A stretch of DNA of 32,000 nucleotides. Origin: Geobacter metallireducens GS-15. GTDB taxonomy: Bacteria > Desulfobacterota > Desulfuromonadia > Geobacterales > Geobacteraceae. The position numbers were made by a program, and so were the translations under genes. The stretch covers positions 2,370,001-2,402,000 of the forward strand of contig NC_007517.1 of the NCBI RefSeq assembly GCF_000012925.1. Direction: 5' to 3'. Below are positions 16,317-25,092 of this stretch, piece after piece (position 1 is the stretch's first letter; the number at the start of each line of letters is the position of its first letter). The notes below the pieces were generated by a model. The model did no database searches. It was not told the DNA's origin and was given only the letters and a program-made list of their open reading frames with translations.

Positions 16317-18164
16317 ATGGCAAACCCAAGCGGCAAATATCAGGTGAAGATCCTGGGCATCGAGGACTATCAGGCCTTGACGGCATGTCAGAGCGCCTGC
16401 CCCCTGGGAACTGATACCAAGCGGTACGTACGGGCCATCACCGAAGGAGATTACGAGAAGGCTTTTCTCATCGCCCGGCAGACCAATCCCCTGGTGTCGG
16501 TCTGCAGCAGGGTCTGCACCGCCCCCTGCGAAAAGTCCTGCCGGAAAGGGGAGCAAGGACACCCGGTTGATATCCGCGCCCTGAAGCGGTTCGCCTGCGA
16601 CAAGCATGGCGTGACATCGCCCCGCGCCGTCGCCGGGAGGCTTGAAGAGATCTCGCGCCAGAACGGAGGGGTGGGAGACCGGACCGGCAACCATATCCTG
16701 ACCATGGCCGCCGTGCAAAAGGCCGGCGCAGCGGCCACATCGCGAAAGCCTGCCCCCCGGGTGGCCATCATCGGGTCCGGCCCGACCGGCCTCTCGGCAG
16801 CCCACGATCTCGCCCTGCTCGGCTACGGGGTGACCATCTTCGAGGCAGCCCCCTACGCGGGGGGGATGCTCCGCACCGGGATTCCGGCCTTCCGCCTCCC
16901 CAAAGACGTGCTCCAGCAGGAGATCGATGCGATCCTGAATCTCGGCGTGGAACTGAAGCTGAACAGCCCCATCGGCGAAGACCTGACCCTGGCCGACCTC
17001 AAGGCGCAGGGGTACGAGTCGGTGTTCATCACCATCGGCCTGCAAGATCCCCTGCGGATTCTGAACATCGAAGGGACCGACCTGGCGGGGATCTACAGCG
17101 GCGTCGAGTATGTGCGGGATCACGAAAAGATCCGGCTCGGGAAACGCTGTCTGGTCATCGGAGGCGGCGGGGTGGCCATTGACTGCGCCCAGCACGCCGT
17201 GCGGCAGGGGGCGGAGCAGGTGATGATCGCCTGCCTCGAGTCCTGGGAGACGATGCCCGCAAGCCTGACGGAACGGGAAGACGCCCAGGAGGAGGGGATC
17301 GTGTTCCACCCTGCCCTCGGCCCGCGCCGCTTCATGGGCCACAACGGGCACGTCGCCCGGGCCGAGTTCCTCCAGGTGAGCTCCGTCTTCGACAGCGAAG
17401 GACGATTCGCCCCCACTTTTGTCCCGGACAGCACCACCACCCTGGAAGTCGATTCGGTCATCCTCGCCGTGGGCCAGGCCTCCACTGCCCCTTCCCTGGC
17501 GGGACTCGCCGGGCTGGACCTCACCCCCAACGGACTGATCAAGGCGGCAGAGGACATGTCCACCAACCTCCCCGGCGTTTTTGCCGGCGGCGACGTGCGC
17601 TGGCGCTTCACCCGCAATGCCACGGACGCCATTGCCGACGGGCAGAAGGCGGCCCGCGCCATCCATGGTTATCTCAGCGGCCATACGCCCCAGGTGATCC
17701 GGAAGGGGTTCATGCGGCCGGTGTCGCCGGACTTCGAGAATACCCGCTGCGACACCATCGCCCCGGTACCGATCCCCAAGCGTGATGCCGGCGAGCGGGT
17801 CCGGACCAAAGAGGAGATCACCATCGGCTTCGGAGAGGCGGAGGCACGGGAGCAAGCCGCCCGGTGCCGGCGGTGCAACATCCAGACGGTGTTCGAGCGG
17901 TCCCGGTGCCTGCGGTGCGGCACCTGCGTCGACACCTGCGTGAATGGCGCCCTGAGGATAGTCCGGCTGGCGGATATCCAGGGTGACGAAGATGTGGCGA
18001 AGCTGACCGATGCCCTGAAGAAGAGCGCGCAGACCCGCAGCAAGGCAATGACCGCGATCATCAAGGACGAGAGCCGCTGCGCCAGCTGCGGCATGTGCGC
18101 CCGACGCTGCCCCGGCGGAGCCATAACCATGGCCGAGTTCTACTGCCAAGAGGAATGGGAATAA
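16317..18164 (+). CDS. GltD-like (glutamate-synthase small-subunit family) NAD(P)H-dependent FeS flavoprotein with C-terminal 2x[4Fe-4S] ferredoxin domain
   Basis: N-terminal [10 protein letters not shown]...[19 protein letters not shown] cluster motif. [17 protein letters not shown] and [12 protein letters not shown] dinucleotide folds. C-terminal CRRCN...[11 protein letters not shown] and [12 protein letters not shown]. Confidence 0.85.
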   Translation: MANPSGKYQVKILGIEDYQALTACQSACPLGTDTKRYVRAITEGDYEKAFLIARQTNPLVSVCSRVCTAPCEKSCRKGEQGHPVDIRALKRFACDKHGVTSPRAVAGRLEEISRQNGGVGDRTGNHILTMAAVQKAGAAATSRKPAPRVAIIGSGPTGLSAAHDLALLGYGVTIFEAAPYAGGMLRTGIPAFRLPKDVLQQEIDAILNLGVELKLNSPIGEDLTLADLKAQGYESVFITIGLQDPLRILNIEGTDLAGIYSGVEYVRDHEKIRLGKRCLVIGGGGVAIDCAQHAVRQGAEQVMIACLESWETMPASLTEREDAQEEGIVFHPALGPRRFMGHNGHVARAEFLQVSSVFDSEGRFAPTFVPDSTTTLEVDSVILAVGQASTAPSLAGLAGLDLTPNGLIKAAEDMSTNLPGVFAGGDVRWRFTRNATDAIADGQKAARAIHGYLSGHTPQVIRKGFMRPVSPDFENTRCDTIAPVPIPKRDAGERVRTKEEITIGFGEAEAREQAARCRRCNIQTVFERSRCLRCGTCVDTCVNGALRIVRLADIQGDEDVAKLTDALKKSAQTRSKAMTAIIKDESRCASCGMCARRCPGGAITMAEFYCQEEWE

Positions 18165-18193
18165 CCAACAACCTGAGTACGCGGAGACCAATC

Positions 18194-18937
18194 ATGAGTG
18201 AATCAGCCTACAGCATTACAGAAGCCATCCGGCAACTTCCAAGAAACATCAAGGCGTCCATCTCCCGCCGCGGAGAAGGAACCGTGGAACAGGAACAGGC
18301 CGCGGCGGTATTCGGCAACATGTTCCTCCATCTCCATCCGGTGCGGGTCCATGTGAACTCCCTGCGCGCGGGATACACCTTCGGGCTGGGACTGATCTCC
18401 TTCTACCTCTTTCTCATCCTGGTCGCCTCGGGGCTGCTGCTGATGTTCTATTACACCCCCTCCACCGAGCTGGCCTACCGGAACATGAAAGACCTCGAAT
18501 ACGTCGTCACCTTCGGCGTGATCCTGCGCAACGTCCACCGCTGGTCGGCCCATGCCATGGTCGCCTTTGTCTTCCTCCACATGTGCCGGGTCTTCTATAC
18601 CGGCTCCTACAAGGCTCCCCGTGAATTCAACTGGGTCATCGGCGTCTTCCTGCTGCTCGTGACGCTCTTCCTGAGCTTTACCGGCTACCTCCTCCCCTGG
18701 GATCAGCTGGCCTTCTGGGCCGTTACCGTCGGCTCCAATATCGCCGGCTACATGCCCGTACTCGGGGATTACATCCGCTTCCTGATGCTGGGGGGGAATG
18801 AGGTCGGCCAGATGGCGCTCCTGCGGTTCTACGTGCTGCACGTGGTGGCGCTCCCTCTCCTTGCCGCCACCCTGCTGGGAGTTCACTTCTGGAGGATCCG
18901 CAAGGACGGTGGCCTGTCACGGCCCAGGAACGACTGA
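18194..18937 (+). CDS. Cytochrome b6-type subunit (N-terminal four-helix core of cytochrome b)
   Basis: Haem-ligand His pairs [17 protein letters not shown] (13 residues between) and [17 protein letters not shown] (14 between). [15 protein letters not shown] 18194 with GGAGA 6 nt upstream is preferred over the ORF-track start at 18095. Confidence 0.85.
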   Translation: MSESAYSITEAIRQLPRNIKASISRRGEGTVEQEQAAAVFGNMFLHLHPVRVHVNSLRAGYTFGLGLISFYLFLILVASGLLLMFYYTPSTELAYRNMKDLEYVVTFGVILRNVHRWSAHAMVAFVFLHMCRVFYTGSYKAPREFNWVIGVFLLLVTLFLSFTGYLLPWDQLAFWAVTVGSNIAGYMPVLGDYIRFLMLGGNEVGQMALLRFYVLHVVALPLLAATLLGVHFWRIRKDGGLSRPRND

Positions 18938-18978
18938 GTCCGGCAGGAGACGCGAGAGACAACTGAGGAGGTTCAGAC

Positions 18979-19500
18979 ATGCAAGCAGCTAAAAAAGAAG
19001 AGATATTCCCGAAGGACCCCAACAAGACCTATTCCCTGATGGCAATCGTCGACGGCGACTCCTTCCAGGTGGAAAAGGGTCCCGAAGACACGGTGCAGAG
19101 CTGGCCGCACCTCATGGTGCGCGAGCTGGGGCTGTTCCTGCTGGTCCTCGCCGTGATCATGGGTGTTTCCCTCATCTTCAACGCCCCCCTGGAGGAAGCG
19201 GCCAATCCCCAGCACTCCACCAACCCGGCCAAGGCCCCCTGGTATTTCGTCGGCATCCAGGAACTGGTGAGCTATTCGGCACTTCTGGGGGGGATCGTAA
19301 CCCCGGCCATCATCGTGGTCACGCTTCTGCTCCTCCCCTATCTGGACCGGAACCCCAAGGGGACCGGCGTCTGGTTTTCCCGGGACCGGCGGGTCGCCAC
19401 TATCCTGTTCACCGTCTTTGTCGTAGCCATGCTCATTCTTATCGTAATCGGACAGTTCCTGCGGGGACCGAACTGGCATCTGTACCTGCCGTGGCAATGA
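18979..19500 (+). CDS. Cytochrome b C-terminal part / subunit-IV-like (PetD-like)
   Basis: 173 aa with three hydrophobic helices. Qo-loop motif NPAKAPWYFVGIQEL. RBS GAGGAGG upstream. Confidence 0.8.
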   Translation: MQAAKKEEIFPKDPNKTYSLMAIVDGDSFQVEKGPEDTVQSWPHLMVRELGLFLLVLAVIMGVSLIFNAPLEEAANPQHSTNPAKAPWYFVGIQELVSYSALLGGIVTPAIIVVTLLLLPYLDRNPKGTGVWFSRDRRVATILFTVFVVAMLILIVIGQFLRGPNWHLYLPWQ

Positions 19501-19536
19501 CACGTTGAAACAACACCCCTTGAAAGGAGAAGTGAT

Positions 19537-20055
19537 ATGAGTTCCGAAAACAGCACCGGCGCAACGATTCTCCCCTTCAGAACCTCCGATGACGTGGTGG
19601 ACGAGGATCGCAGAGGCTTCGTGAAAAAGATGGCGCTGACGGCCCTCACCGTGGGAGTCGGGGGAGCTGCCATCCAGAGCGCCCGTTTCTTCAAGCCCAA
19701 TGTGCTCTACGAGCCCTCAAAGGCTTTCAAGGTGGGCGAGCTGAGCAAGTTCCCCATCGGAAGCCGCATCGTCATCGAAGGCCGGGGGATCGAGATCGTC
19801 AGAGAACGGGACGGCATGCACGCCATATCCCTTGTCTGCACCCACCTGGGATGCCTCATAAAGCCCGTGGAGAACGACCCCGACACCGGGTACATGTGCC
19901 CCTGCCACGGCTCCACCTTTACCCTTACGGGTGGAGTTCTAGGGGGCCCCGCCCCGAAGGATCTCCCCTGGTACGAGATGTACATGGACAATACCGGGGC
20001 TCTCGTGGTGGACACGTCCAAGGTGAACCACAAACGGACCAAACTCGCAGTCTGA
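19537..20055 (+). CDS. Rieske [2Fe-2S] subunit with twin-arginine signal
   Basis: DRRGFVKKMALTALTVG Tat signal/anchor. CTHLGC and CPCHGS cluster-binding boxes. Confidence 0.9.
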   Translation: MSSENSTGATILPFRTSDDVVDEDRRGFVKKMALTALTVGVGGAAIQSARFFKPNVLYEPSKAFKVGELSKFPIGSRIVIEGRGIEIVRERDGMHAISLVCTHLGCLIKPVENDPDTGYMCPCHGSTFTLTGGVLGGPAPKDLPWYEMYMDNTGALVVDTSKVNHKRTKLAV

Positions 20056-20070
20056 GACAGGAGCAAACCC

Positions 20071-21009
20071 ATGGAGGATAAGCAGATGGAAAAGGCAGTT
20101 TCACGCAAGCTTACATTATTCTGCGTCATCTGCGGGCTGGCCGTACTGGTCCTTATGGGAGCAACGGTGATCCGCGACGGGGAGCGGGAATGGAAGCATT
20201 ACCAGACCCAATACCGGGAGATGCTTCTGAAGATGATCAAGAAAGAGGACAACCCGACCTTCTATCAGCGGGTTGAGGAGATGAAGCCGGAGATCCGGCA
20301 GATCGTCGTCGATGAATGGAAGACGGTGGACCGCTGCACCACCTGTCACCTGGGGATCGAAGACCCCCTCTTTGCCAACGCCAAGCAGCCGTTCACCACC
20401 CACCCCAATCCGGAGCTGCTGAAGCACCATCCGGTGGATAAGTTCGGCTGCACCATGTGCCATGGCGGCCAGGGGCTGGCCACAACCTACAATGGCTCCT
20501 CCCACCAGCCCATCGACAACTGGCCCATCACCCTGGTGTCCAAGGGGCTCATGCAATCCCGGTGCGGCTACTGCCACAAGGATTTCGAGGCCATCAAGGC
20601 GGACCGCCTCATCAAGGGGCGCGAACTCTACAAGGAGATGCACTGCGCCGGCTGTCACCAGATCGACGGCCAGGGGGGGAACGTGGGGCCGGACCTGAGC
20701 AACTTCGCCGACAAGGACCCCAGCAACTTCTCCTACGAGAGCATAGAGGGCCCCCACTCCAAGCAGACGTGGGTCATCGAACACTTCAGGGATCCCAAGC
20801 GGGTCAGCCCCGGCACCCCGATGCGCACCTACGCCATGAACGACGACCAGATCGAATGTCTCGCGAGCTATGTCCTGAGCCTGACCCAGCGGGGTTTCTC
20901 GCGCCCCTACAGCACCAAGGTGAAGGCTGACTTTGTGCCGCACAAGGTGGACGAATACGTCCCCGAACCCGAATTGTCCGACTCCGCGGACGACGCCGAA
21001 AGCAACTAG
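20071..21009 (+). CDS. Membrane-anchored tetrahaem c-type cytochrome
   Basis: Four CxxCH motifs (CTTCH, CTMCH, CGYCH, CAGCH). N-terminal hydrophobic anchor LTLFCVICGLAVLVLMGATVI. The last haem lies in a class-I-like domain (CAGCHQIDGQGGNVGPDL). ATG 20086 is an alternative start. Confidence 0.85.
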   Translation: MEDKQMEKAVSRKLTLFCVICGLAVLVLMGATVIRDGEREWKHYQTQYREMLLKMIKKEDNPTFYQRVEEMKPEIRQIVVDEWKTVDRCTTCHLGIEDPLFANAKQPFTTHPNPELLKHHPVDKFGCTMCHGGQGLATTYNGSSHQPIDNWPITLVSKGLMQSRCGYCHKDFEAIKADRLIKGRELYKEMHCAGCHQIDGQGGNVGPDLSNFADKDPSNFSYESIEGPHSKQTWVIEHFRDPKRVSPGTPMRTYAMNDDQIECLASYVLSLTQRGFSRPYSTKVKADFVPHKVDEYVPEPELSDSADDAESN

Positions 21010-21061
21010 ACAGCCGGGCGATCATTGACGCTGGAGAGACTTTCCAATGAGGAGAGAGAGA

Positions 21062-21445
21062 ATGAATCGGAAAACCTCGTTAATAGTGGCGGCAGCACTG
21101 GTCTTCGGGATGCTCTTGCCGGGCTCCGGGGCACTGGCGCAGGAACCGCCGAAAATGCCCTACGTCTTCGCCATGTACTGCGTGATGTGCCACAAGGAAG
21201 GGGTTCAGATCGGCCCCATAGGCATCTACGACATGATGTCGAAGAGCGGCAACCCGTTGCACGAGCAGCTTATCCGCAACAATACCCGCTTCGGCTACAA
21301 CGCCATGCCTGCCTTCAGGATGTCGGAGGTAAGCCCGAAGGAGATGAACGCCATCGTGGCCTACCTGAAGGACGTGGCGGCATACCGCAAGACCCATCCC
21401 GGTTACAAGCCGGTACCGGCGAAGGAAGGAGGGGCCAAAAAATGA
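21062..21445 (+). CDS. pcmG: Monohaem c-type cytochrome, p-cresol methylhydroxylase cytochrome (beta) subunit
   Basis: Sec signal MNRKTSLIVAAALVFGMLLPGSGALA. Single CVMCH. NAMPAF Met-ligand region. Lies immediately upstream of the flavoprotein subunits, as in pchC-pchF. The symbol is from memory of the G. metallireducens cluster. Confidence 0.75.
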   Translation: MNRKTSLIVAAALVFGMLLPGSGALAQEPPKMPYVFAMYCVMCHKEGVQIGPIGIYDMMSKSGNPLHEQLIRNNTRFGYNAMPAFRMSEVSPKEMNAIVAYLKDVAAYRKTHPGYKPVPAKEGGAKK

Positions 21446-21861
21446 TGGAAACGGGAAGAAGAGGGTTTTTCAAGCAGATTTTCACGGCCGTGGCCGCAGT
21501 AGCCGCAACAGGGGCCACAGCAGCCGCCCCCCGCAGGGCCGAGGCCTCCGTGGCGGGACAGATCAAAGGGGTGTGCCTCTACGTCCCGAGCCTTGGCAAA
21601 GCGACTGATTTTGTCGAGATGATGAACAAGAACGCCCCCGGATCCTGGACGGTTCACCCCCTCACCGGATCCCTGAGCGAGCATTACTTCACCACCAGGA
21701 ACCTCTACGAGGAGGCCCGTGGAAGCGCCAACACCTTTGTGGGGGTCGTGGATCCGGCAACCTTTGCCATCGTTCACGAAGCGATCGTCGATTGCGGCGG
21801 CAGCTTCCACTACACCACCTACGAAGACCGGAACCGGGTCACGTTTTCCGCACAGCTGTAA
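21442..21861 (+). CDS. Small protein with twin-arginine signal, unknown function (occupies the position of pchX between the cytochrome and flavoprotein genes)
   Basis: MMETGRRGFFKQIFTAVAAVAATGATAAAPRRAEA is a good Tat signal (RRxFFK, h-region, AxA-like site). ATG 21442 overlaps the upstream TGA (ATGATG). The longer listed ORF from 21025 is a frame overlap with the cytochrome gene. Confidence 0.6.
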   Translation: MMETGRRGFFKQIFTAVAAVAATGATAAAPRRAEASVAGQIKGVCLYVPSLGKATDFVEMMNKNAPGSWTVHPLTGSLSEHYFTTRNLYEEARGSANTFVGVVDPATFAIVHEAIVDCGGSFHYTTYEDRNRVTFSAQL

Positions 21862-21877
21862 CCGAGGAGGTTTGAAA

Positions 21878-23473
21878 ATGAGTCGTTTCATTGCACTTCC
21901 CAAAGGAGTGACAGAAGCAGCCTTCGCCAAGGCCATCCAGGAATACCGGGCGCTCCTGGGCGAGGACCGGGTCCGCACCGATCCGGCTTCCCTGCAGTCC
22001 TACATGAAGATCATGATCCCGGAGACCGAGGAACTGCACAAGCCTTCGGCCGCCATGTACCCCAGAACGGTCAAAGAGATCCAGGCCATCGTGGCCATAG
22101 CCAACAAGTACAAGACCCCCCTCTGGACGGTGAGCACCGGCAAGAACATGGGATACGGTTCCGCTGCCCCGGCCACCCGGGGGCAGATCGTCCTCGACCT
22201 GAAGACCATGAAGAAGATCATCCATGTGGATGAGGAGCTGGGGTACTGCCTGGTGGAGCCGGGGGTGACCTACTACGACCTGCAGGAGTACTTCAGGAAG
22301 CACAAGATGAACCTCTGGGTCGATGTCCCCGCCCCCTCGTCCATGGCCAGCCCGATGGGGAACACGGCAGACCGGGGGGTGGGCTACACCCCCTACGGCG
22401 AGCACTTCCTCGTTTCCTGCGGCATGGAGGTGGTCCTGGCCAACGGCGACGTGGTCCGCACCGGCACGGGGGGCGTCCAGAACTCCACCAGCTGGCAGGC
22501 CAGCAAATGGGGCTACGGACCGTATCTCGACGGCATTTTCACCCAGTCCAACTACGGCATCATCACCAAGCTCGGGGTCTGGCTCCTGAAGGGCCCTCCT
22601 CCCGGCGGCTACATGCCGTTTCTCATGAAGTTCCCCAAGGTGGAGATGCTGGGCGACATCGTCAAGACCTTCATGCCCCTGCGCCTGGCCCAGATCATCC
22701 CCAACGCCTGCGTCGTGGTCAACGCCGGCTGGGAGGCGGCCGGCTACTTCACCTACGACAAGAACGGCAAGGGAACCAACCGGAGCAGCTTCTACAAGGG
22801 GAAGGGAAGCCTCCCCCCCAAGGTGTTCCAGGAGATCATGGACAAGTTCAAGATCGGCGCCTGGAACTTCTACGCCGCCCTCTACGGCTCCCCCGAGCAG
22901 GTGGCCCTCAACTGGAAATACGTCTCGGGCGCCTTCAAGGCCAAGTTCGGCAATCAGGTCCAGATCATCACCGAGAAGGAAGCCAAGGACGACCCCATCT
23001 TCGAGTACCGCCGCCAGCTGATGATGGGGGGGAGCACCCTGCAGGAGTTCGGCCTCTACAACTGGCGTGGAGGGGGCGGTTCCATGTGGTTCGCCCCGGT
23101 TGCGGCCGCCAGACCCTCCGAGTGCGACAAGCAGATGAGGGTTGCCACCGACATCCTCAACAAGCACGGCTTCGACTACGTCTCCGAGTTCATTGTGGGG
23201 TGGCGCGAAATGCACCACATCATCGACCTCCTCTACGACCGTACCCAGCCGGACGAGATGCACCGGGCCTACCAGTGCTTCGATGAGTTGTTGAGGGTGT
23301 TTTCCAAGAACGGTTACGGGACCTACCGCACCAACACGGCCTTCATGGAAAAGGCTGCCAACACCTACGGGCCCGAGATGCGGAAGCTTCATCGGACCCT
23401 GAAGAAGGCGCTGGATCCCAACAATATCCTGGCCCCGGGCAAGTCGGGCATCAACCTGGATATTCCCCTGTAG
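21878..23473 (+). CDS. pcmI: p-Cresol methylhydroxylase flavoprotein (alpha) subunit, VAO/PCMH family
   Basis: 531 aa. FAD-binding PCMH-type domain (PSAAMYPRTVKEIQAIVAIANKYKTPLWTVSTGKNMGYGSAAP). GLYNWRGGGGSMWFAPV with Tyr394 (23057-23059). TYRTN Tyr483-Arg484. RBS GAGGAGG. The symbol is from memory. Confidence 0.85.
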   Translation: MSRFIALPKGVTEAAFAKAIQEYRALLGEDRVRTDPASLQSYMKIMIPETEELHKPSAAMYPRTVKEIQAIVAIANKYKTPLWTVSTGKNMGYGSAAPATRGQIVLDLKTMKKIIHVDEELGYCLVEPGVTYYDLQEYFRKHKMNLWVDVPAPSSMASPMGNTADRGVGYTPYGEHFLVSCGMEVVLANGDVVRTGTGGVQNSTSWQASKWGYGPYLDGIFTQSNYGIITKLGVWLLKGPPPGGYMPFLMKFPKVEMLGDIVKTFMPLRLAQIIPNACVVVNAGWEAAGYFTYDKNGKGTNRSSFYKGKGSLPPKVFQEIMDKFKIGAWNFYAALYGSPEQVALNWKYVSGAFKAKFGNQVQIITEKEAKDDPIFEYRRQLMMGGSTLQEFGLYNWRGGGGSMWFAPVAAARPSECDKQMRVATDILNKHGFDYVSEFIVGWREMHHIIDLLYDRTQPDEMHRAYQCFDELLRVFSKNGYGTYRTNTAFMEKAANTYGPEMRKLHRTLKKALDPNNILAPGKSGINLDIPL

Positions 23474-23499
23474 CCGACAACCGTTGAGGAGGTAAGAAC

Positions 23500-25062
23500 A
23501 TGAGTCGTTACCTAGCGCTGCCAAAGGGCGTTACCGAAGCAGCCTTTACCAAAGCGATCACTGAGTATCGCACCCTTCTGGGAGAGGGGCGCGTCCGCAC
23601 CGATCTGGCATCCCTCAGTCCGTACATCGTCAACTCCATTGCCGAAAGCGATTCATTGCACACTCCCTCGGCAGCCATCTACCCGACGACCACCAGGGAA
23701 ATCCAGTCCATTGTCGGCATTGCCAACAAGTACAAGACGCCGCTCTGGACTGTCTGCAACGGGGAAAACGAGGGGTACGGCTCCTCGGCGCCGGCAACCG
23801 CCGGGCAGATAGTGCTCGATCTGCGAAACATGAAGAAGATCATCGAGGTCGATCGGGAGCTGGGCTACTGTCTGGTGGAGCCCGGCGTGACCTATGCCGA
23901 CCTCCAGAACTACCTCACCAGCAACAAGATCAACCTCTGGCTCGATGCTCCGGCACCTTCGGCCAATGTCAGCATCCTCGGCAATATCCTGGAGCGGGGG
24001 AGCGGCTACACCCCCTACAGCGAGGATTTCCTCTTTTCCTGCGGCATGGAGGTGGTGCTGGCCAACGGGACTGTCCTCAAGACCGGCATGGGGGGCATCC
24101 CCAATTCCACCAGCTGGCAGGTCTTCAAGTGGGGGTTCGGCCCCTATGTGGACGGGCTCTTTTCCCAGGGGAACAACGGGATCGTCACCAAGGTCGGCGC
24201 ATGGCTGATGGGAGCACCGCCTCCGGGTGGCTACAAGCCTTTCTGCATCAGGTTCCCCAAGAACGAGATGCTGCCCAACATCATCAAGCCGCTCATGTTC
24301 CTGCGCCAGGCCCAGATCGTTCCCAACGCCTGCGCCCTGGTCAACGCCGGATGGGAAACGGCCACCCGTTTCGCCAATGACCGGAGGAACAACGGCCGTT
24401 TCATCAACACGGCGAACCGGGTCATTCCCGCCAACAAACTGGTCAACCGCAACGTTGGTGCCTGGAATCTCTACGGGGCCGTCTACGGCTCTCCCGAGCA
24501 GGTGGCCCTGAACTGGATGTACGTCTCCGGCACCTTCAAACAGGCCTTCGGTAACAAGATCAGCATCATCACCGAGAATGAGGCCAAGGGGGACCCGGCC
24601 TTCGAGTATCGCAAGCAGCTCATGATGGGGGGGGTCACCAGCCGCAATCCCCTGGACAGCTGGCGCCCCGGCTACGGCTCCATGAAGTTCGCCCCCACGG
24701 CGGCGGCACGGCCGGGCGAATGCGCCCAGCAGGCGAAGGTGGCGGCAGAGATCATCAACCGGCACGGTTTCGACTACCTCAGCGAGTTCAGCTTCTTCTG
24801 GTACGACGCCCGCCACACCGTCGATCTCCGTTTTGACCGCACCAGGCCCGAGGAGATGAAACGGGCCCATGCCTGCTTCAACGAGCTCATCAGCGCCTTC
24901 GCCAAACATGGCTGGGCGGTGGGCCGCACCAACACCGCCTTCATGGACAAGGTGGCCGATTCCTACGGCCCGGCAAAGCAGAGGCTCAACCGCACCATCA
25001 AGAAGGCCCTGGACCCCAACAACATCCTGTCGCCGGGCAAATCAGGGATCACGGCAGGGTAA
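23500..25062 (+). CDS. pcmJ: Second PCMH flavoprotein-type subunit (alpha-prime), divergent at cofactor and substrate residues
   Basis: 520 aa, colinear with 21878-23473 from the first residues (MSRYLALPKGVTEAAF vs MSRFIALPKGVTEAAF). Reads PLDSWRPGYGSMKFAPT and AVGRTN at the two key sites. The symbol is from memory. Confidence 0.85.
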   Translation: MSRYLALPKGVTEAAFTKAITEYRTLLGEGRVRTDLASLSPYIVNSIAESDSLHTPSAAIYPTTTREIQSIVGIANKYKTPLWTVCNGENEGYGSSAPATAGQIVLDLRNMKKIIEVDRELGYCLVEPGVTYADLQNYLTSNKINLWLDAPAPSANVSILGNILERGSGYTPYSEDFLFSCGMEVVLANGTVLKTGMGGIPNSTSWQVFKWGFGPYVDGLFSQGNNGIVTKVGAWLMGAPPPGGYKPFCIRFPKNEMLPNIIKPLMFLRQAQIVPNACALVNAGWETATRFANDRRNNGRFINTANRVIPANKLVNRNVGAWNLYGAVYGSPEQVALNWMYVSGTFKQAFGNKISIITENEAKGDPAFEYRKQLMMGGVTSRNPLDSWRPGYGSMKFAPTAAARPGECAQQAKVAAEIINRHGFDYLSEFSFFWYDARHTVDLRFDRTRPEEMKRAHACFNELISAFAKHGWAVGRTNTAFMDKVADSYGPAKQRLNRTIKKALDPNNILSPGKSGITAG

Positions 25063-25092
25063 CGTTCAATGAGCATTTGGAGGAAACAATCC

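Noticed and set aside
21025-21441. N-terminal 139 codons of the listed ORF 21025-21861, overlapping the monohaem cytochrome gene in another frame.
   Set aside because: This part is Arg/Gly-rich with no motif. The real gene most likely starts at ATG 21442, where a consensus Tat signal begins and the start overlaps the upstream stop.
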